Translations under genes and position numbers: made by a program
Shown: piece by piece, positions 30,737-40,609 of the stretch
Layout of the letters: each line of letters starts with the position of its first letter
Position numbering within the stretch: position 1 is the first letter of the stretch
Notes under the pieces: model-generated
What the model was told of the DNA's origin: nothing
The model's input: the letters and a program-made list of their open reading frames with translations, nothing else
Databases searched by the model: none
NCBI GenBank assembly: GCA_049890295.1
Contig: JBMHBP010000018.1
Span: forward strand, 1,911-65,910
DNA length: 64,000 nt
Source: Flavobacteriales bacterium
GTDB lineage: Bacteria; Bacteroidota; Bacteroidia; Flavobacteriales; UBA7312
Reading direction: 5' to 3'

Positions 30737-31268
30737 TTCGATTTTCTGCCTCATCCCATACCTTATTAGCTTCTTCAATGAGTGAGGTGCCATCTTTTAC
30801 ATCAGGAGCAATTGAAGGTATCATATTTGATACAGGCTTATATAAAACCGATTCAGTTTTTTGACTAACTGGAATAATATTCAGGTAAATATCAAACGTA
30901 TTGATTATTAGAAGTAAAGCACTTAGAAAGAAGCCTGTTTTTATAACGCCGAACACACCGCCTAGTAACCTGCTAATTAATCCTAAAGCCACCAGCTTTA
31001 CCAATCTATCTAACAGAAAGCCTATTAGTCTAATAATTAAAACTAAACCAATAAACATAGTCCCAAAAGCAACAATTGGCAAAAAAGTACTTTCAATTGA
31101 TAAATAATCGATGATATAGGGGTGTAAATTATCAGCAAAATGAACTGCACCATAAATCCCCACTATTAATGCCAATAAGGAAGTTAATTCTTTAATAATC
31201 CCTTTTGAAAAGCCCTTATAAAGCCCCCAAAGTAAAGGAATGACAAGAATTATATCCAAATAGTTCAT
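30723..31268 (-). CDS. cvpA: CvpA family membrane protein
   Basis: Four TM helices; MNYLDIILVIPLLWGLYKGFSKGIIKE start is typical of the colicin V production protein family. Confidence 0.75.
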   Translation of the reverse strand: MNYLDIILVIPLLWGLYKGFSKGIIKELTSLLALIVGIYGAVHFADNLHPYIIDYLSIESTFLPIVAFGTMFIGLVLIIRLIGFLLDRLVKLVALGLISRLLGGVFGVIKTGFFLSALLLIINTFDIYLNIIPVSQKTESVLYKPVSNMIPSIAPDVKDGTSLIEEANKVWDEAENRITLP

Positions 31269-31296
31269 AAGACTTCAAAAGTAGTATTTTTGTGTT

Positions 31297-31626
31297 ATGG
31301 ATAGTGTTGAATTAAATTTAAAATGGAAAAAAGTAGTAGCTGAGTTAAACGACAGGTTTGATGATGATTTAGACTTACAAGCTATTTTATTTTTAATAGG
31401 TATTCAGGAGTTGGGCAAAGGTTATTTGAGTCTTAATAAGAATCAAAAGTTAGATGTTATACATATAGCTGTTTGTGCTTTATTAAGTCAATGGGGATAT
31501 TACGAATTTAGTGGTCATGATAAAGACGGTTGGCCACATTGGGAAGCAACAGATAAATTACCCAACCTAAAACCATCTGAACAAGATAAGTTGATAAAAG
31601 AAGCAATTGTAGAATACTTTAATTAG
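31297..31626 (+). CDS. Hypothetical protein (small, soluble)
   Basis: 109-aa ORF with ATG start and good coding appearance; no motif recognised. Confidence 0.5.
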   Translation: MDSVELNLKWKKVVAELNDRFDDDLDLQAILFLIGIQELGKGYLSLNKNQKLDVIHIAVCALLSQWGYYEFSGHDKDGWPHWEATDKLPNLKPSEQDKLIKEAIVEYFN

Positions 31627-31981
31627 TAGGTAGTATTTCAATGTCTTTATAAATGGTTTTTCCCCTAGTAAGTCGAATTACACTTTCACCATACAATAAA
31701 GTGTCATTAGAGGAAGACAGGGTGAATGCCGTAACATTCATCAAAGCTTCTAACTCAAACACATGTTCAGTTTGTCCGTTTTGATCGGATACTAAAGCGC
31801 TAACAACATTCGTTTGTGTTACACCTACAATTTCTTCCTGTGATAGTGTAACAGTTGCGTTAGAAACAGTGTTTCCTTGATTGTCGTAAACTGTTATAAT
31901 CCCTTTTGTGGGGGGCTCTTTGTAGCATGATATAAATAATAAAGATAATAACAAAAGAAAGAGCGGCTGTCTAATTTTCAT
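31619..31981 (-). CDS. Hypothetical lipoprotein (beta-sandwich-like)
   Basis: Signal peptide plus lipobox LLFISCY; GIITVYDNQGNTVSNATVTL resembles carboxypeptidase-regulatory-like strands. Confidence 0.5.
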   Translation of the reverse strand: MKIRQPLFLLLLSLLFISCYKEPPTKGIITVYDNQGNTVSNATVTLSQEEIVGVTQTNVVSALVSDQNGQTEHVFELEALMNVTAFTLSSSNDTLLYGESVIRLTRGKTIYKDIEILPTN

Positions 31982-32028
31982 TTTATAAATGATTATTTGT
32001 TAATTTGCTTTTCAAATATACTAATTAA

Positions 32029-32682
32029 ATGAAACGTACCATTGTCTTATTTGTAGCACTGTTCATTGCAGTTTCCAGCTTTTCACAAGAAAAACAAGTA
32101 AAAGTTAAAATTCAGACACAATATGGCGAGATGGTAGCTGTATTGTATAATGAAACACCACAACACAGAGATAATTTTCTAAAGCTAGTTAAAAATAGAT
32201 TTTATGATGGTACTATTTTTCACCGAGTTATTCCCGGCTTTATGATTCAAGGGGGAGATCCGGCTTCTAAAAACAGACAGGCCAAAGAAAAAATAGGTAA
32301 TGGAGGCCCCGGTTATACTATACCTGCAGAGTTTAATAAGGAACGATTTCATAAAAGAGGAGCTTTGGCAGCAGCAAGAATGCCAGACGCAGTAAACCCT
32401 AATAAAGAATCTTCAGGTTCTCAATTTTATATTGTTCAAGGTCAAGTGTTTGACAATCAACAACTTGATATGATGGAAAAACGAATGGGAGAAAAAATCG
32501 CACCATTTAAACGTAAAGCCTACATGAAAGACGGCGGAACACCTCATTTAGATGGCGGATATACTGTTTTTGGTGAACTCATTACAGGTTTGGACGTCAT
32601 TTCAAAAATTTCAAACCTTAGAAGAGATAAAAACAACTTACCCTCAGAAAGAGTGGAAATGAAAATTACCATAATAAAATAA
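32029..32682 (+). CDS. Peptidyl-prolyl cis-trans isomerase, cyclophilin type (secreted)
   Basis: Signal peptide; FHRVIPGFMIQGGDP and SQFYIV cyclophilin motifs. Confidence 0.9.
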   Translation: MKRTIVLFVALFIAVSSFSQEKQVKVKIQTQYGEMVAVLYNETPQHRDNFLKLVKNRFYDGTIFHRVIPGFMIQGGDPASKNRQAKEKIGNGGPGYTIPAEFNKERFHKRGALAAARMPDAVNPNKESSGSQFYIVQGQVFDNQQLDMMEKRMGEKIAPFKRKAYMKDGGTPHLDGGYTVFGELITGLDVISKISNLRRDKNNLPSERVEMKITIIK

Positions 32683-32683
32683 G

Positions 32684-33703
32684 ATGCTAGAAAAAGCTCA
32701 AAAACTTTTACAAGAGATACATTCATTTCATCCTGAAACTGCTGAAGAATTAGAAGCGTTTAGAATTCAATATTTAGGTAAAAAGGGTATAATGAACGCT
32801 TTATTTGCTGATTTTAAGACTATCCCTAATGAACAAAAAAAAGAGTTTGGTCAAATTCTAAATCAGTTAAAACAGGCCATTCAACAAAAAATTGAAGATT
32901 CTAAGAAAGGGTTTTCACAAACGTCATCTAATTCTAGTGGACAAGACTTGACTAAACCCGTTACCATTGATCAATTGGGAAGCAGGCATCCATTATCTTT
33001 AGTTAAAAATGAGATTGTAGAAATCTTTAACCGAATTGGCTTTACTCTTTCTGACGGACCAGAAATTGAGGATGACTGGCATAATTTTACCGCCCTGAAC
33101 CTACCTCAAGAACATCCAGCCAGAGATATGCAGGATACCTTCTTTATACAAACTAACCCCGATGTATTACTGAGAACACACACCTCGTCTGTTCAAGTCA
33201 GATATATGGAAAATAATAAGCCGCCTATTCGAACGCTATCTCCAGGAAGAGTATATAGAAATGAAGCTATTTCTGCTCGGGCACATTGTATTTTTCATCA
33301 GGTCGAGGGTTTATATATTGACGAGAAGGTATCTTTTGCTGACCTTAAACAAGTTCTACTCTATTTTGCAAAAGAGATGTTTGGTGAGCATACGGAAATT
33401 AGATTACGCCCTTCATATTTTCCGTTCACAGAGCCCAGTGCAGAGGTCGATGTTTCTTGTAATATATGTTCTGGCAAAGGGTGTAACGTCTGTAAATATA
33501 CTGGCTATTTAGAAATATTAGGTTGCGGAATGGTAGACCCAAATGTATTAGCTAATTGCAATATTGACCCCAACAAGTACACCGGTTACGCATTTGGCAT
33601 GGGAATAGAACGTATTGCCATGTTAAAATACCAAATAAAAGATTTGAGATTGTTTTTTGAGAATGATGTACGTTTTTTAAAGCAGTTTAAATCAACCCTT
33701 TAG
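32684..33703 (+). CDS. pheS: Phenylalanine--tRNA ligase alpha subunit
   Basis: HPARDMQDTF, class II motifs (FRNE-like YRNEAIS, GFAFGMGIERIAM). Confidence 0.95.
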   Translation: MLEKAQKLLQEIHSFHPETAEELEAFRIQYLGKKGIMNALFADFKTIPNEQKKEFGQILNQLKQAIQQKIEDSKKGFSQTSSNSSGQDLTKPVTIDQLGSRHPLSLVKNEIVEIFNRIGFTLSDGPEIEDDWHNFTALNLPQEHPARDMQDTFFIQTNPDVLLRTHTSSVQVRYMENNKPPIRTLSPGRVYRNEAISARAHCIFHQVEGLYIDEKVSFADLKQVLLYFAKEMFGEHTEIRLRPSYFPFTEPSAEVDVSCNICSGKGCNVCKYTGYLEILGCGMVDPNVLANCNIDPNKYTGYAFGMGIERIAMLKYQIKDLRLFFENDVRFLKQFKSTL

Positions 33704-33872
33704 TTGGCAGTACAATCCAAGAACAGTTTTTCATAACACACTAGCACAGCTTCTCAAGTGCCATCATTTAGCGTACAAACACAATATTCAGTTCCACATT
33801 AGATTAGACATGCTTTAAACACGACTAGTAAGGTTAAGTAGATTATTCTTTTCATCATTTTTAAAGCAATAT

Positions 33873-35012
33873 TTATTTGTCTTTAAGGGGTCGGTCCTTA
33901 AACTGTTTTTGACAAGGAATACGCCATAGTTCTTCACTTTTTAATAAATCAAGAAATAGTTTGTCACTATTTCCGCCACCAAAAAGGTGTATTTCTTTAG
34001 TATTAAGGTTATTGGTTTTTTCTATCGAGGATACAATATCATTTTTATGGTATGTCGATTGAATTATACTGTTGGCTTTGACTCGATTTAATTGACGATC
34101 CCCAACATCAATACTAGGCACTCCATAAAGCGGGGCCTCTCTAACACCAGCACTACTATTACCTATAATGAATTGACAATGTTTTAGTAAAACCAAGAAG
34201 AATTCAAATCGTAGAGATGGAAAAGTAATAAATCTTGAATTATTTTCTAATCGTTCTAAGGCTTTGTTAATAACTGACGATCCCATATCATTATTAGGTC
34301 TTATGACAATGTAATTATTATTATCCTCTAAAACAGCATCAACCAGTTGATTGGCATACACCTCCATATTCGCTTCAGTTGTAACAGGGTGAAACATAAA
34401 AATACTGAACGATTGAAACGGAATATCATAATAGCTCAGAGCATCTTCTAAGCGGGGTAAGTTCTTTGAAAACATTATATCTACATCTGGAGAACCGATA
34501 ACAAATATTTGATTTTCTATTTCTCCCATTTGTAGTAATCTTGTTTTAGCATTTTCATTGGCCACAAAATGGATATGACTAAGTTTACTAACAGAGTGTC
34601 TAATCAATTCATCAATGGTACCTGAAACCTCCCCCCCCTCAATGTGTCCAACTAAAATATTATTTAATGAACCAACAATAGCTCCTGCTAAGGTTTCAAC
34701 TCTATCACCATGAACGACAATTAAGTCCACAGGATGTTCATTAATAAAAGCGGATAAACCTTGAATTGTTTTAGCAAGAGTTAAATCCATGCTCGATTCA
34801 CTAGTGTGGTTTGAAAATTTATGAATATTAGAGAATCCAGATTTTACAATTTCATTGACTGTATACCCAAACTCATTTTGAAGATGCATTCCGGTAGCAA
34901 AAATGTGTACTTCAAAATTTTGACATTGACTACTAGTGCCAATTAACGATTTTAATTTACCAAAATCCGCTCGTGTTCCAGTAAGAAATACTATTTTCTT
35001 GATATCATTCAA
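33873..35012 (-). CDS. neuC: UDP-N-acetylglucosamine 2-epimerase (hydrolysing), NeuC type
   Basis: [12 protein letters not shown] start, HGDRVE and HIEGGEVSG motifs of the NeuC/hydrolysing epimerase family. Start codon is TTG at 35012 and overlaps the neuB stop. Confidence 0.85.
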   Translation of the reverse strand: MNDIKKIVFLTGTRADFGKLKSLIGTSSQCQNFEVHIFATGMHLQNEFGYTVNEIVKSGFSNIHKFSNHTSESSMDLTLAKTIQGLSAFINEHPVDLIVVHGDRVETLAGAIVGSLNNILVGHIEGGEVSGTIDELIRHSVSKLSHIHFVANENAKTRLLQMGEIENQIFVIGSPDVDIMFSKNLPRLEDALSYYDIPFQSFSIFMFHPVTTEANMEVYANQLVDAVLEDNNNYIVIRPNNDMGSSVINKALERLENNSRFITFPSLRFEFFLVLLKHCQFIIGNSSAGVREAPLYGVPSIDVGDRQLNRVKANSIIQSTYHKNDIVSSIEKTNNLNTKEIHLFGGGNSDKLFLDLLKSEELWRIPCQKQFKDRPLKDK

Positions 35013-36039
35013 AATCGTTCCAGTTTAACTGTTCGTCGTTATTTATATCTCTAGTAGCACATTTCCCTAAAATGGTGTTAAAATGCTCTGCTAATATTGG
35101 GCCAGTACCTGGTCGTTTTACCCAAATATTATTCATTGTTAGGGGTTCTCCTTTTGAAATAGCTTGTATTGAACATACTGTTGCAAATGCAAAGTCAATA
35201 GTTACTTGTTCTTCTTTGGCAGGGCCCTTTTTCCCACCCCGTTGTTGCCACAAGATATGACTTCCTTTAATTAACTCATTACAACTATTCTCATCCATTG
35301 AACAAACAATATCAGGTCCGGTTCTATGCATATGGTCTGTGAAATGACGTTCAAGAATTGATGCTCCAAGAGCCACTGCCCCAAAGCAAGCATGATTTGT
35401 AATAGTGTGGTCAGAAAGTCCAAAAACAGTATCGGGAAATGCGTTTTGAATATCGTTAAGCGCACCCAAACGTACTAGATTATTGGGAGTAGGGTAAAGG
35501 TTAGTGGTATGTAATAATGCATATTGAATCTCATGTTTTTTGAAAATACTAACCGCCTTTTCAATACTTTGAATAGTATTCATGCCTGTACTTAAAATTA
35601 TCGGCTTACCGAATGATGCGATATGTTCTAGTAGAGGGTAGTTATTACATTCTCCAGAACCTATTTTATAGGCAGGCACATTCCACTTTTCCAAACGATT
35701 GGCAGCAGCTCTGGAAAACGGTGTACTGATGAATATCATTCCTTTAAATTCAACATATTTTTTAAGCGCCAGTTCTTCTTCCTCATTCAGGGCACACCGC
35801 TCCATTATATCATAGATAGAAACATCCGCATTGCCTGGAATAACTTTCTTGGCAGCTCCACTCATTTCATCTTCAACAATGTGGGTCTGATGCTTAACCA
35901 TCTCAACACCTGCTCTGTGAGCAGCGTCTACCATTTCTTTAGCAAGATCTAAACTGCCTTCGTGGTTAATGCCGATTTCAGCAATTATCAAGGGGGGATA
36001 ATCAGCCCCTATTTTTCTACCAGCTATTTCAATCATCAT
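35005..36039 (-). CDS. neuB: N-acetylneuraminate (nonulosonate) synthase
   Basis: [19 protein letters not shown], and a C-terminal SAF/antifreeze-like domain (VKRPGTG). Confidence 0.9.
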   Translation of the reverse strand: MMIEIAGRKIGADYPPLIIAEIGINHEGSLDLAKEMVDAAHRAGVEMVKHQTHIVEDEMSGAAKKVIPGNADVSIYDIMERCALNEEEELALKKYVEFKGMIFISTPFSRAAANRLEKWNVPAYKIGSGECNNYPLLEHIASFGKPIILSTGMNTIQSIEKAVSIFKKHEIQYALLHTTNLYPTPNNLVRLGALNDIQNAFPDTVFGLSDHTITNHACFGAVALGASILERHFTDHMHRTGPDIVCSMDENSCNELIKGSHILWQQRGGKKGPAKEEQVTIDFAFATVCSIQAISKGEPLTMNNIWVKRPGTGPILAEHFNTILGKCATRDINNDEQLNWNDFE

Positions 36040-36706
36040 ATTTATTTAAAATAAGTTCTGCCCAATCAAAGTCCAACTCTGAATCAATGTCGATGGTTGC
36101 AAATGGGTGGTCTACAACAACCGCAATGGGTTTTTCAGAAAGAATTTGGCCTTTTTTGATTAATTCAAAAGCACTAATATACAACAGACCATTTTCATAA
36201 AAAAGAGGAGATAAATCTTGACTTCTTTGACCAAAATGATAGGTTGAAGGGTTGAAAACAGTATGCTTAATTTCACCTAACTTACGCTTGTTTGTACTTA
36301 CGCATAGAGAGGAATCGCCTTTAGCATTCTTTAACATATTGTAGCATTGTTCAAATAGATGTTTTGGCCTCATTGGATTAGTGGGTTGGAGCAAAGCCAG
36401 GTATTGATATGGTTTTTGAACGGTATTAGCCACATGTTGTAATACCTCAGCGGTGGAGGTGTCGTCTTGAGATAGCCCTGAGGGTCTATCCAAAACCATC
36501 ACTTGATACTTGTTAGCAACTTTGACTATCTCTGGATCGTCTGTTGAAACTAAAATATCCTCAACAGAAACATTTTCTAAAGCATACTCAATACTATAGG
36601 CAATTAGCGGTTTTCCGTTTAATTGTTTGTAATTTTTTCCCGGCAAGCGTTTTGAGCCTTTACGGGCAGGAATAACTACCAGAATGTCCTTAAAAATATG
36701 ACTCAT
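36029..36706 (-). CDS. neuA: Acylneuraminate cytidylyltransferase (CMP-nonulosonate synthetase)
   Basis: [14 protein letters not shown] and LQPTNP motifs (CTP_transf_3); 225 aa, single domain. Confidence 0.85.
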   Translation of the reverse strand: MSHIFKDILVVIPARKGSKRLPGKNYKQLNGKPLIAYSIEYALENVSVEDILVSTDDPEIVKVANKYQVMVLDRPSGLSQDDTSTAEVLQHVANTVQKPYQYLALLQPTNPMRPKHLFEQCYNMLKNAKGDSSLCVSTNKRKLGEIKHTVFNPSTYHFGQRSQDLSPLFYENGLLYISAFELIKKGQILSEKPIAVVVDHPFATIDIDSELDFDWAELILNKYDD

Positions 36707-36752
36707 TTAACACAAATCTAATATTTTTAAATGAGTTGATGATTTCATCCCT

Positions 36753-37868
36753 TTATTTAAAGGGATGTCTCTGCACCCATCGTTTTGGTTTTATATTTTG
36801 TAGAATAGGTTTTAACAGATATCTTACCACTGGGCTTTTTATATAAATATAGATGAAGGATCGCTTAGGTTCAGCCCCAACGTTACTTTTAAATTCGGCG
36901 GCAGTTCGCCCAAATACAATTGCTTTTTTCTGTAACGCAATACCGTGTTTTATACTTTCGATGAGTATGCGTTCGTATAAACTATAAGCTTTACTGAATT
37001 CATAGTCTAAGCCAATAAAATAGGAGTAAAGGGTGTTTTTATCTTCAATTTCGGATGAAAAGCCAATCATTTTTTCCTTTAAGAAATAACCATATACTTT
37101 ACATTTTGGAAAGTCAAGCTCAATCAATTGTTGGAAAGTGTTGGTGTTGAAGGTAATCGCTCCAAAGGAGGACCTCCCTTGAACATTAAAAAATAGTTCT
37201 TGAATGGTTGTTTTGTATGTTTTCAAATCGCTCTTTGACAGTAGTCTAATATCAATTTCTTGACTTTTTTTCATGACCACCTTTTGTCGTACTCGATATT
37301 TCTTTTTTAACGATTGGGTGTAATCACTAATCGTTTTCCACATAGGATTAATAGGTAGTACCATATCTTCCTCCACTTCAACTTTTATCATATTAGGGAT
37401 TACTGATATAGGGTTTTCTATTTTTAAAGTAGAGAAAAAATGATCGGGGATGATAAATTTGTTTATGTTTCGTTCCTGGCTAATTTTTTCTATTAAGGAA
37501 ACTATCACTTCTTCTTTCGAACTTAACATTTTAGCGCTTACGTTTTGAATATTTGTTATCAGCCCATTGCCTAGTCCAACAACTCTTATTTTTAGTAAAC
37601 TCATGATGAAACTAATGATACCTCTACCTAACTTATTCCTTTTTTGATAAGTGATTATCCTATTACCATTTAAACCAAACTCTTGTGCATAACCAGCTAG
37701 TCGGTTGGTTTTATTGTCTAGCAGATAGAATAAGTGTGTTACGTTTTCTTGATGCGATTGTTCAAAGGCTTGTTTAAACGAAAGCCAAAGGAAAGGGTTT
37801 TCATTTACAATAGTATTCCATTGTTTTGCATCAATAGATTCGGATTTAGTATATAGCTTGACCACCAA
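36753..37868 (-). CDS. GNAT-fold acyltransferase, FemAB/BioF2-like (function unknown)
   Basis: 371-aa ORF, TTG/GTG start region. C-terminal half (YSYFIGLDYEFSKAYSLYERILIESIKHG...FGRTAAEFKSNVGAEP) resembles Acetyltransf_6/FemAB-like N-acyltransferases. Assignment is by resemblance only. Confidence 0.45.
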   Translation of the reverse strand: MVVKLYTKSESIDAKQWNTIVNENPFLWLSFKQAFEQSHQENVTHLFYLLDNKTNRLAGYAQEFGLNGNRIITYQKRNKLGRGIISFIMSLLKIRVVGLGNGLITNIQNVSAKMLSSKEEVIVSLIEKISQERNINKFIIPDHFFSTLKIENPISVIPNMIKVEVEEDMVLPINPMWKTISDYTQSLKKKYRVRQKVVMKKSQEIDIRLLSKSDLKTYKTTIQELFFNVQGRSSFGAITFNTNTFQQLIELDFPKCKVYGYFLKEKMIGFSSEIEDKNTLYSYFIGLDYEFSKAYSLYERILIESIKHGIALQKKAIVFGRTAAEFKSNVGAEPKRSFIYIYIKSPVVRYLLKPILQNIKPKRWVQRHPFK

Positions 37869-37917
37869 ATAGTGAAATTAATTTCGGCACAAAAATAGAC
37901 TTTATTTTAAGCTAATT

Positions 37918-39171
37918 TTATAGAAAAACAGTTAGAGCATCTTCGATACGTGTGGAGTAGCAAGGTGACAACTGCTCTTGTTTCATACGCCATTTCCGTT
38001 GACTGCCTTGTATGGCTAAACGAACTTTTTCTCGACCCACACGATCATTGATACTATCTAAGGCCGTCATTATAGCTTGTTGTTTTTTACGATCTACATG
38101 GTCGAATAAGCTCAGTTGCTGTTGTTTTTGGGGAACGATATCGCCAATAATAACGCCTGCTTTCTTATAGCGATAATTAGGGCGATATATTTTATTAAGG
38201 GCCTGTATTGCTAAGCGAACAACCTCCATAGAGTCGTTGGTTGGAGTATCTAATGTTATAGACGTAACCCCTTTGTATTGTTTGTCGCTTGGTTTAAACG
38301 GATTAGTATGAATGAATACGCTAACTCGTGTTGTACAGCTTTTTTGTTTGCGAAGTTTATAAGCACAGTTACTAGCATAATTACTAACAGCCTCTTTCAG
38401 TTCATCAATAGTAGTTATACTTTTACTAAAAGAACGAGAAGTACAAATATTCTTTTTTCGACTAGCATTTTGTTCAATAGGAAAACAAGGTGTCCCTTTA
38501 AGCTCCTTAACCATTCTTAGTCCTACCACTGATAAGCGTCGCTTAATCCAGCTATCATCAGCACGACATAAATCATATGCACTATTAATCCCCATGTTTT
38601 TCAACATACGCCCATGGCGTCGCCCTACACCCCACAACTCTTCTACTGGCAACCATTTTAGAGCACGGTCGATAAGAGCGGGTTCTTGCAAGACAAACAC
38701 ACCTGACGAGGTATATTTTTTAGCAATCAGTCCAGCCACTTTACACAGGGTTTTGGTGGGAGCAATACCAATAGAAATTGGAATACCGGTATACTGTTTG
38801 ACTTTTTGTTTTAGAGCGATTCCTTTTTCTAAAGGGCTACCTTCTCCTGAAAAATCCATAAAGGCTTCATCAATAGAATATACCTCCATAGCTTTCACCT
38901 CTTGCTGAATAGTACTCATGACTCGCTTTGATAAATCGCCATATAATGTAAAGTTGGATGAAAATAGTTGAATATCGTACTGTTTTATCAGCTTTTTTAG
39001 CTGAAATACGGGTACCCCCATTTTTATCCCTAGAGCTTTAGCTTGGTTGCTACGAGCAATTACGCAGCCATCATTATTAGAGAGTACCAGAATAGGCTTG
39101 CCTTCCAGTTTAGGCTGAAAGACACGCTCACAAGAAGCATAGAAATTATTACAATCAGCGAGTGCTAGCAT
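37918..39171 (-). CDS. umuC: Y-family DNA polymerase (UmuC, Pol V catalytic subunit)
   Basis: MLALADCNNFYASCERVF, SIDEAF, and the little-finger region; overlaps the umuD 3' end by 17 nt. Confidence 0.9.
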   Translation of the reverse strand: MLALADCNNFYASCERVFQPKLEGKPILVLSNNDGCVIARSNQAKALGIKMGVPVFQLKKLIKQYDIQLFSSNFTLYGDLSKRVMSTIQQEVKAMEVYSIDEAFMDFSGEGSPLEKGIALKQKVKQYTGIPISIGIAPTKTLCKVAGLIAKKYTSSGVFVLQEPALIDRALKWLPVEELWGVGRRHGRMLKNMGINSAYDLCRADDSWIKRRLSVVGLRMVKELKGTPCFPIEQNASRKKNICTSRSFSKSITTIDELKEAVSNYASNCAYKLRKQKSCTTRVSVFIHTNPFKPSDKQYKGVTSITLDTPTNDSMEVVRLAIQALNKIYRPNYRYKKAGVIIGDIVPQKQQQLSLFDHVDRKKQQAIMTALDSINDRVGREKVRLAIQGSQRKWRMKQEQLSPCYSTRIEDALTVFL

Positions 39172-39619
39172 TGGCCTTGTGTATAATAAAAGTCACTACA
39201 CCCCAAACTTGAAAGTCCATTTCTTGTGTGATTTTTACCGGCCGATAATTATCATTGGCAGGAATGAGGAATAGCTCATTGTCATTTTTCTTTATACGCT
39301 TTACTGTAAATTCTCCATTTACAACCGCTAGTACTATGTCGTTATTTTTTGGTGTCAACGCTCTATCAACGACCATTACATCATGACTTTGTATACCAGC
39401 ATCTATCATTGAATCCCCAACGGCACGTACACAAAAAGTAGCTGAAGGATGCTGAACCAAGTAGTCGTGTAGGTTGAGATCCATGTCTAAATAATCATCG
39501 GCAGGGGACGGAAAGCCTGCAGGAACAGTGTCACCATACAACGGAACATCGTTCAAATCAACATCTTCAATAGTATAAAATTGAAGCTTTTTATCTGTAT
39601 TAAGGTATTTAAACTTCAC
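39155..39619 (-). CDS. umuD: S24 LexA-like autopeptidase (UmuD, Pol V accessory subunit)
   Basis: VRAVGDSM (catalytic Ser) and FTVKRIKK (Lys); no N-terminal HTH domain; GTG start at 39619. Confidence 0.85.
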   Translation of the reverse strand: MKFKYLNTDKKLQFYTIEDVDLNDVPLYGDTVPAGFPSPADDYLDMDLNLHDYLVQHPSATFCVRAVGDSMIDAGIQSHDVMVVDRALTPKNNDIVLAVVNGEFTVKRIKKNDNELFLIPANDNYRPVKITQEMDFQVWGVVTFIIHKANASTR

Positions 39620-39745
39620 TTGTTAGGGTTATGAAAGCATAAAATTAACTCAAAAAAACACTAAAAATAGCCTTTGGCATATTTTTTTTATTTCACTAAT
39701 TACTAGAAGAAATAGAAAAAAATAATGGAATGTATAGACAATTAA

Positions 39746-39777
39746 TTGAAAAGTTATACAAAAATTATATATGTTTG
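39746..39777 (+). promoter_or_regulatory. Bacteroidota-type promoter for the rhodopsin gene
   Basis: TTG at 39746-39748, 21-nt spacer, then TATGTTTG at 39770-39777 (TAnnTTTG -7 consensus); 28 nt upstream of ATG 39806. Confidence 0.5.
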
Positions 39778-39805
39778 TACCACTAACTATTAAAAATAAC
39801 AAGTT

Positions 39806-40534
39806 ATGCTATTAGAAATTCAAGCGATGAGTCCAACTGATTATGTTGGCTTTACGTTTTTCATCGGCTACATGGCTATGTTTGCCGCATCAGTATTTTT
39901 CTTCGTCGAAAGAGGAAGTGTAAATGATAAGTGGAAACTATCATTATTAATCTCAGGTTTAATTACGGGTATTGCAGCAGTTCACTACTTCTACATGCGT
40001 GATTATTACCTAGCAACTGGGGATAACCCAACATTTTTTAGATATGTAGACTGGACATTGACAGTTCCATTAATGTGTGTAGAGTTTTATCTACTAACAA
40101 GAGCTGCTGGAGCAACCAAGAGTCTATTATGGAAATTAATCATTGCTTCTGTATGGATGCTAGTAGCCGGTTATATCGGTGAGTCATTTAACCCAGAAGG
40201 TGGTGATACTGCACATTCAGTAACATGGGGTGTATTATCAACTATTGGTTATATCTACATATTGTACGCAGCTTGGTTTGGTGAAGTAGCACAGTTGGCT
40301 GAAAAGAGTGAATCTGAAGTAGTCAAAAAAGGTGTACGTACACTAGCTTGGTTTGTATTAGTCGGATGGGCAATCTATCCAATTGGATACATGTGTATGG
40401 ATGGTGGATGGTTAAACACAGCATTAGGCTGGGGATCTGAGAATGTAGATCTTTGGTATAACATTGCTGATGCTATCAACAAAATTGGTTTTGGTTTAGT
40501 GGTATATAATATAGCTGTCACAGAATCAAAATAA
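39806..40534 (+). CDS. Proteorhodopsin, DTE-motif light-driven proton pump, Met at the spectral tuning site
   Basis: Seven TM helices. RYVDWTLTVPLMCVEF gives D/T/E at PR positions 97/101/108 and M at 105. His in AAVHYFYMR. Schiff-base Lys in ADAINKIGFG. Alternative start at ATG 39827. Confidence 0.92.
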   Translation: MLLEIQAMSPTDYVGFTFFIGYMAMFAASVFFFVERGSVNDKWKLSLLISGLITGIAAVHYFYMRDYYLATGDNPTFFRYVDWTLTVPLMCVEFYLLTRAAGATKSLLWKLIIASVWMLVAGYIGESFNPEGGDTAHSVTWGVLSTIGYIYILYAAWFGEVAQLAEKSESEVVKKGVRTLAWFVLVGWAIYPIGYMCMDGGWLNTALGWGSENVDLWYNIADAINKIGFGLVVYNIAVTESK

Positions 40535-40557
40535 TCGTCAATCTATTTTTTGGTTAA

Positions 40558-40599
40558 TAAAAGCAGGCTGGATATCAATTCGGCCTGCTTTTATTTTAT
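40558..40599 (+). terminator. Intrinsic terminator between rhodopsin and blh
   Basis: AAAAGCAGGCTG-loop-CGGCCTGCTTTT hairpin followed by TTTTATTTTAT. Confidence 0.7.
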
Positions 40600-40609
40600 A
40601 ACAAAACAG

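Noticed and set aside
33704-33872. 169-bp pheS/neuC spacer examined for att-like repeats, a tRNA fragment or a terminator
   Set aside because: I found no hairpin, direct repeat matching the other island border, or tRNA-like segment by eye. It is kept only as the putative island border in a finding.
36743-36764. Perfect 10-bp inverted repeat CATCCCTTTA/TAAAGGGATG spanning the stop codon of the GNAT gene, considered as a terminator
   Set aside because: It is not followed by a T-run on the transcribed (minus) strand. It may be an attenuating hairpin within the operon, so it is mentioned in the neu finding but not called as a terminator.
39620-39745. Search for a LexA/SOS box upstream of umuD
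   Set aside because: Only trivial AT palindromes (TAATTA core) are present, and nothing resembles a known LexA operator, so no regulatory feature is called.
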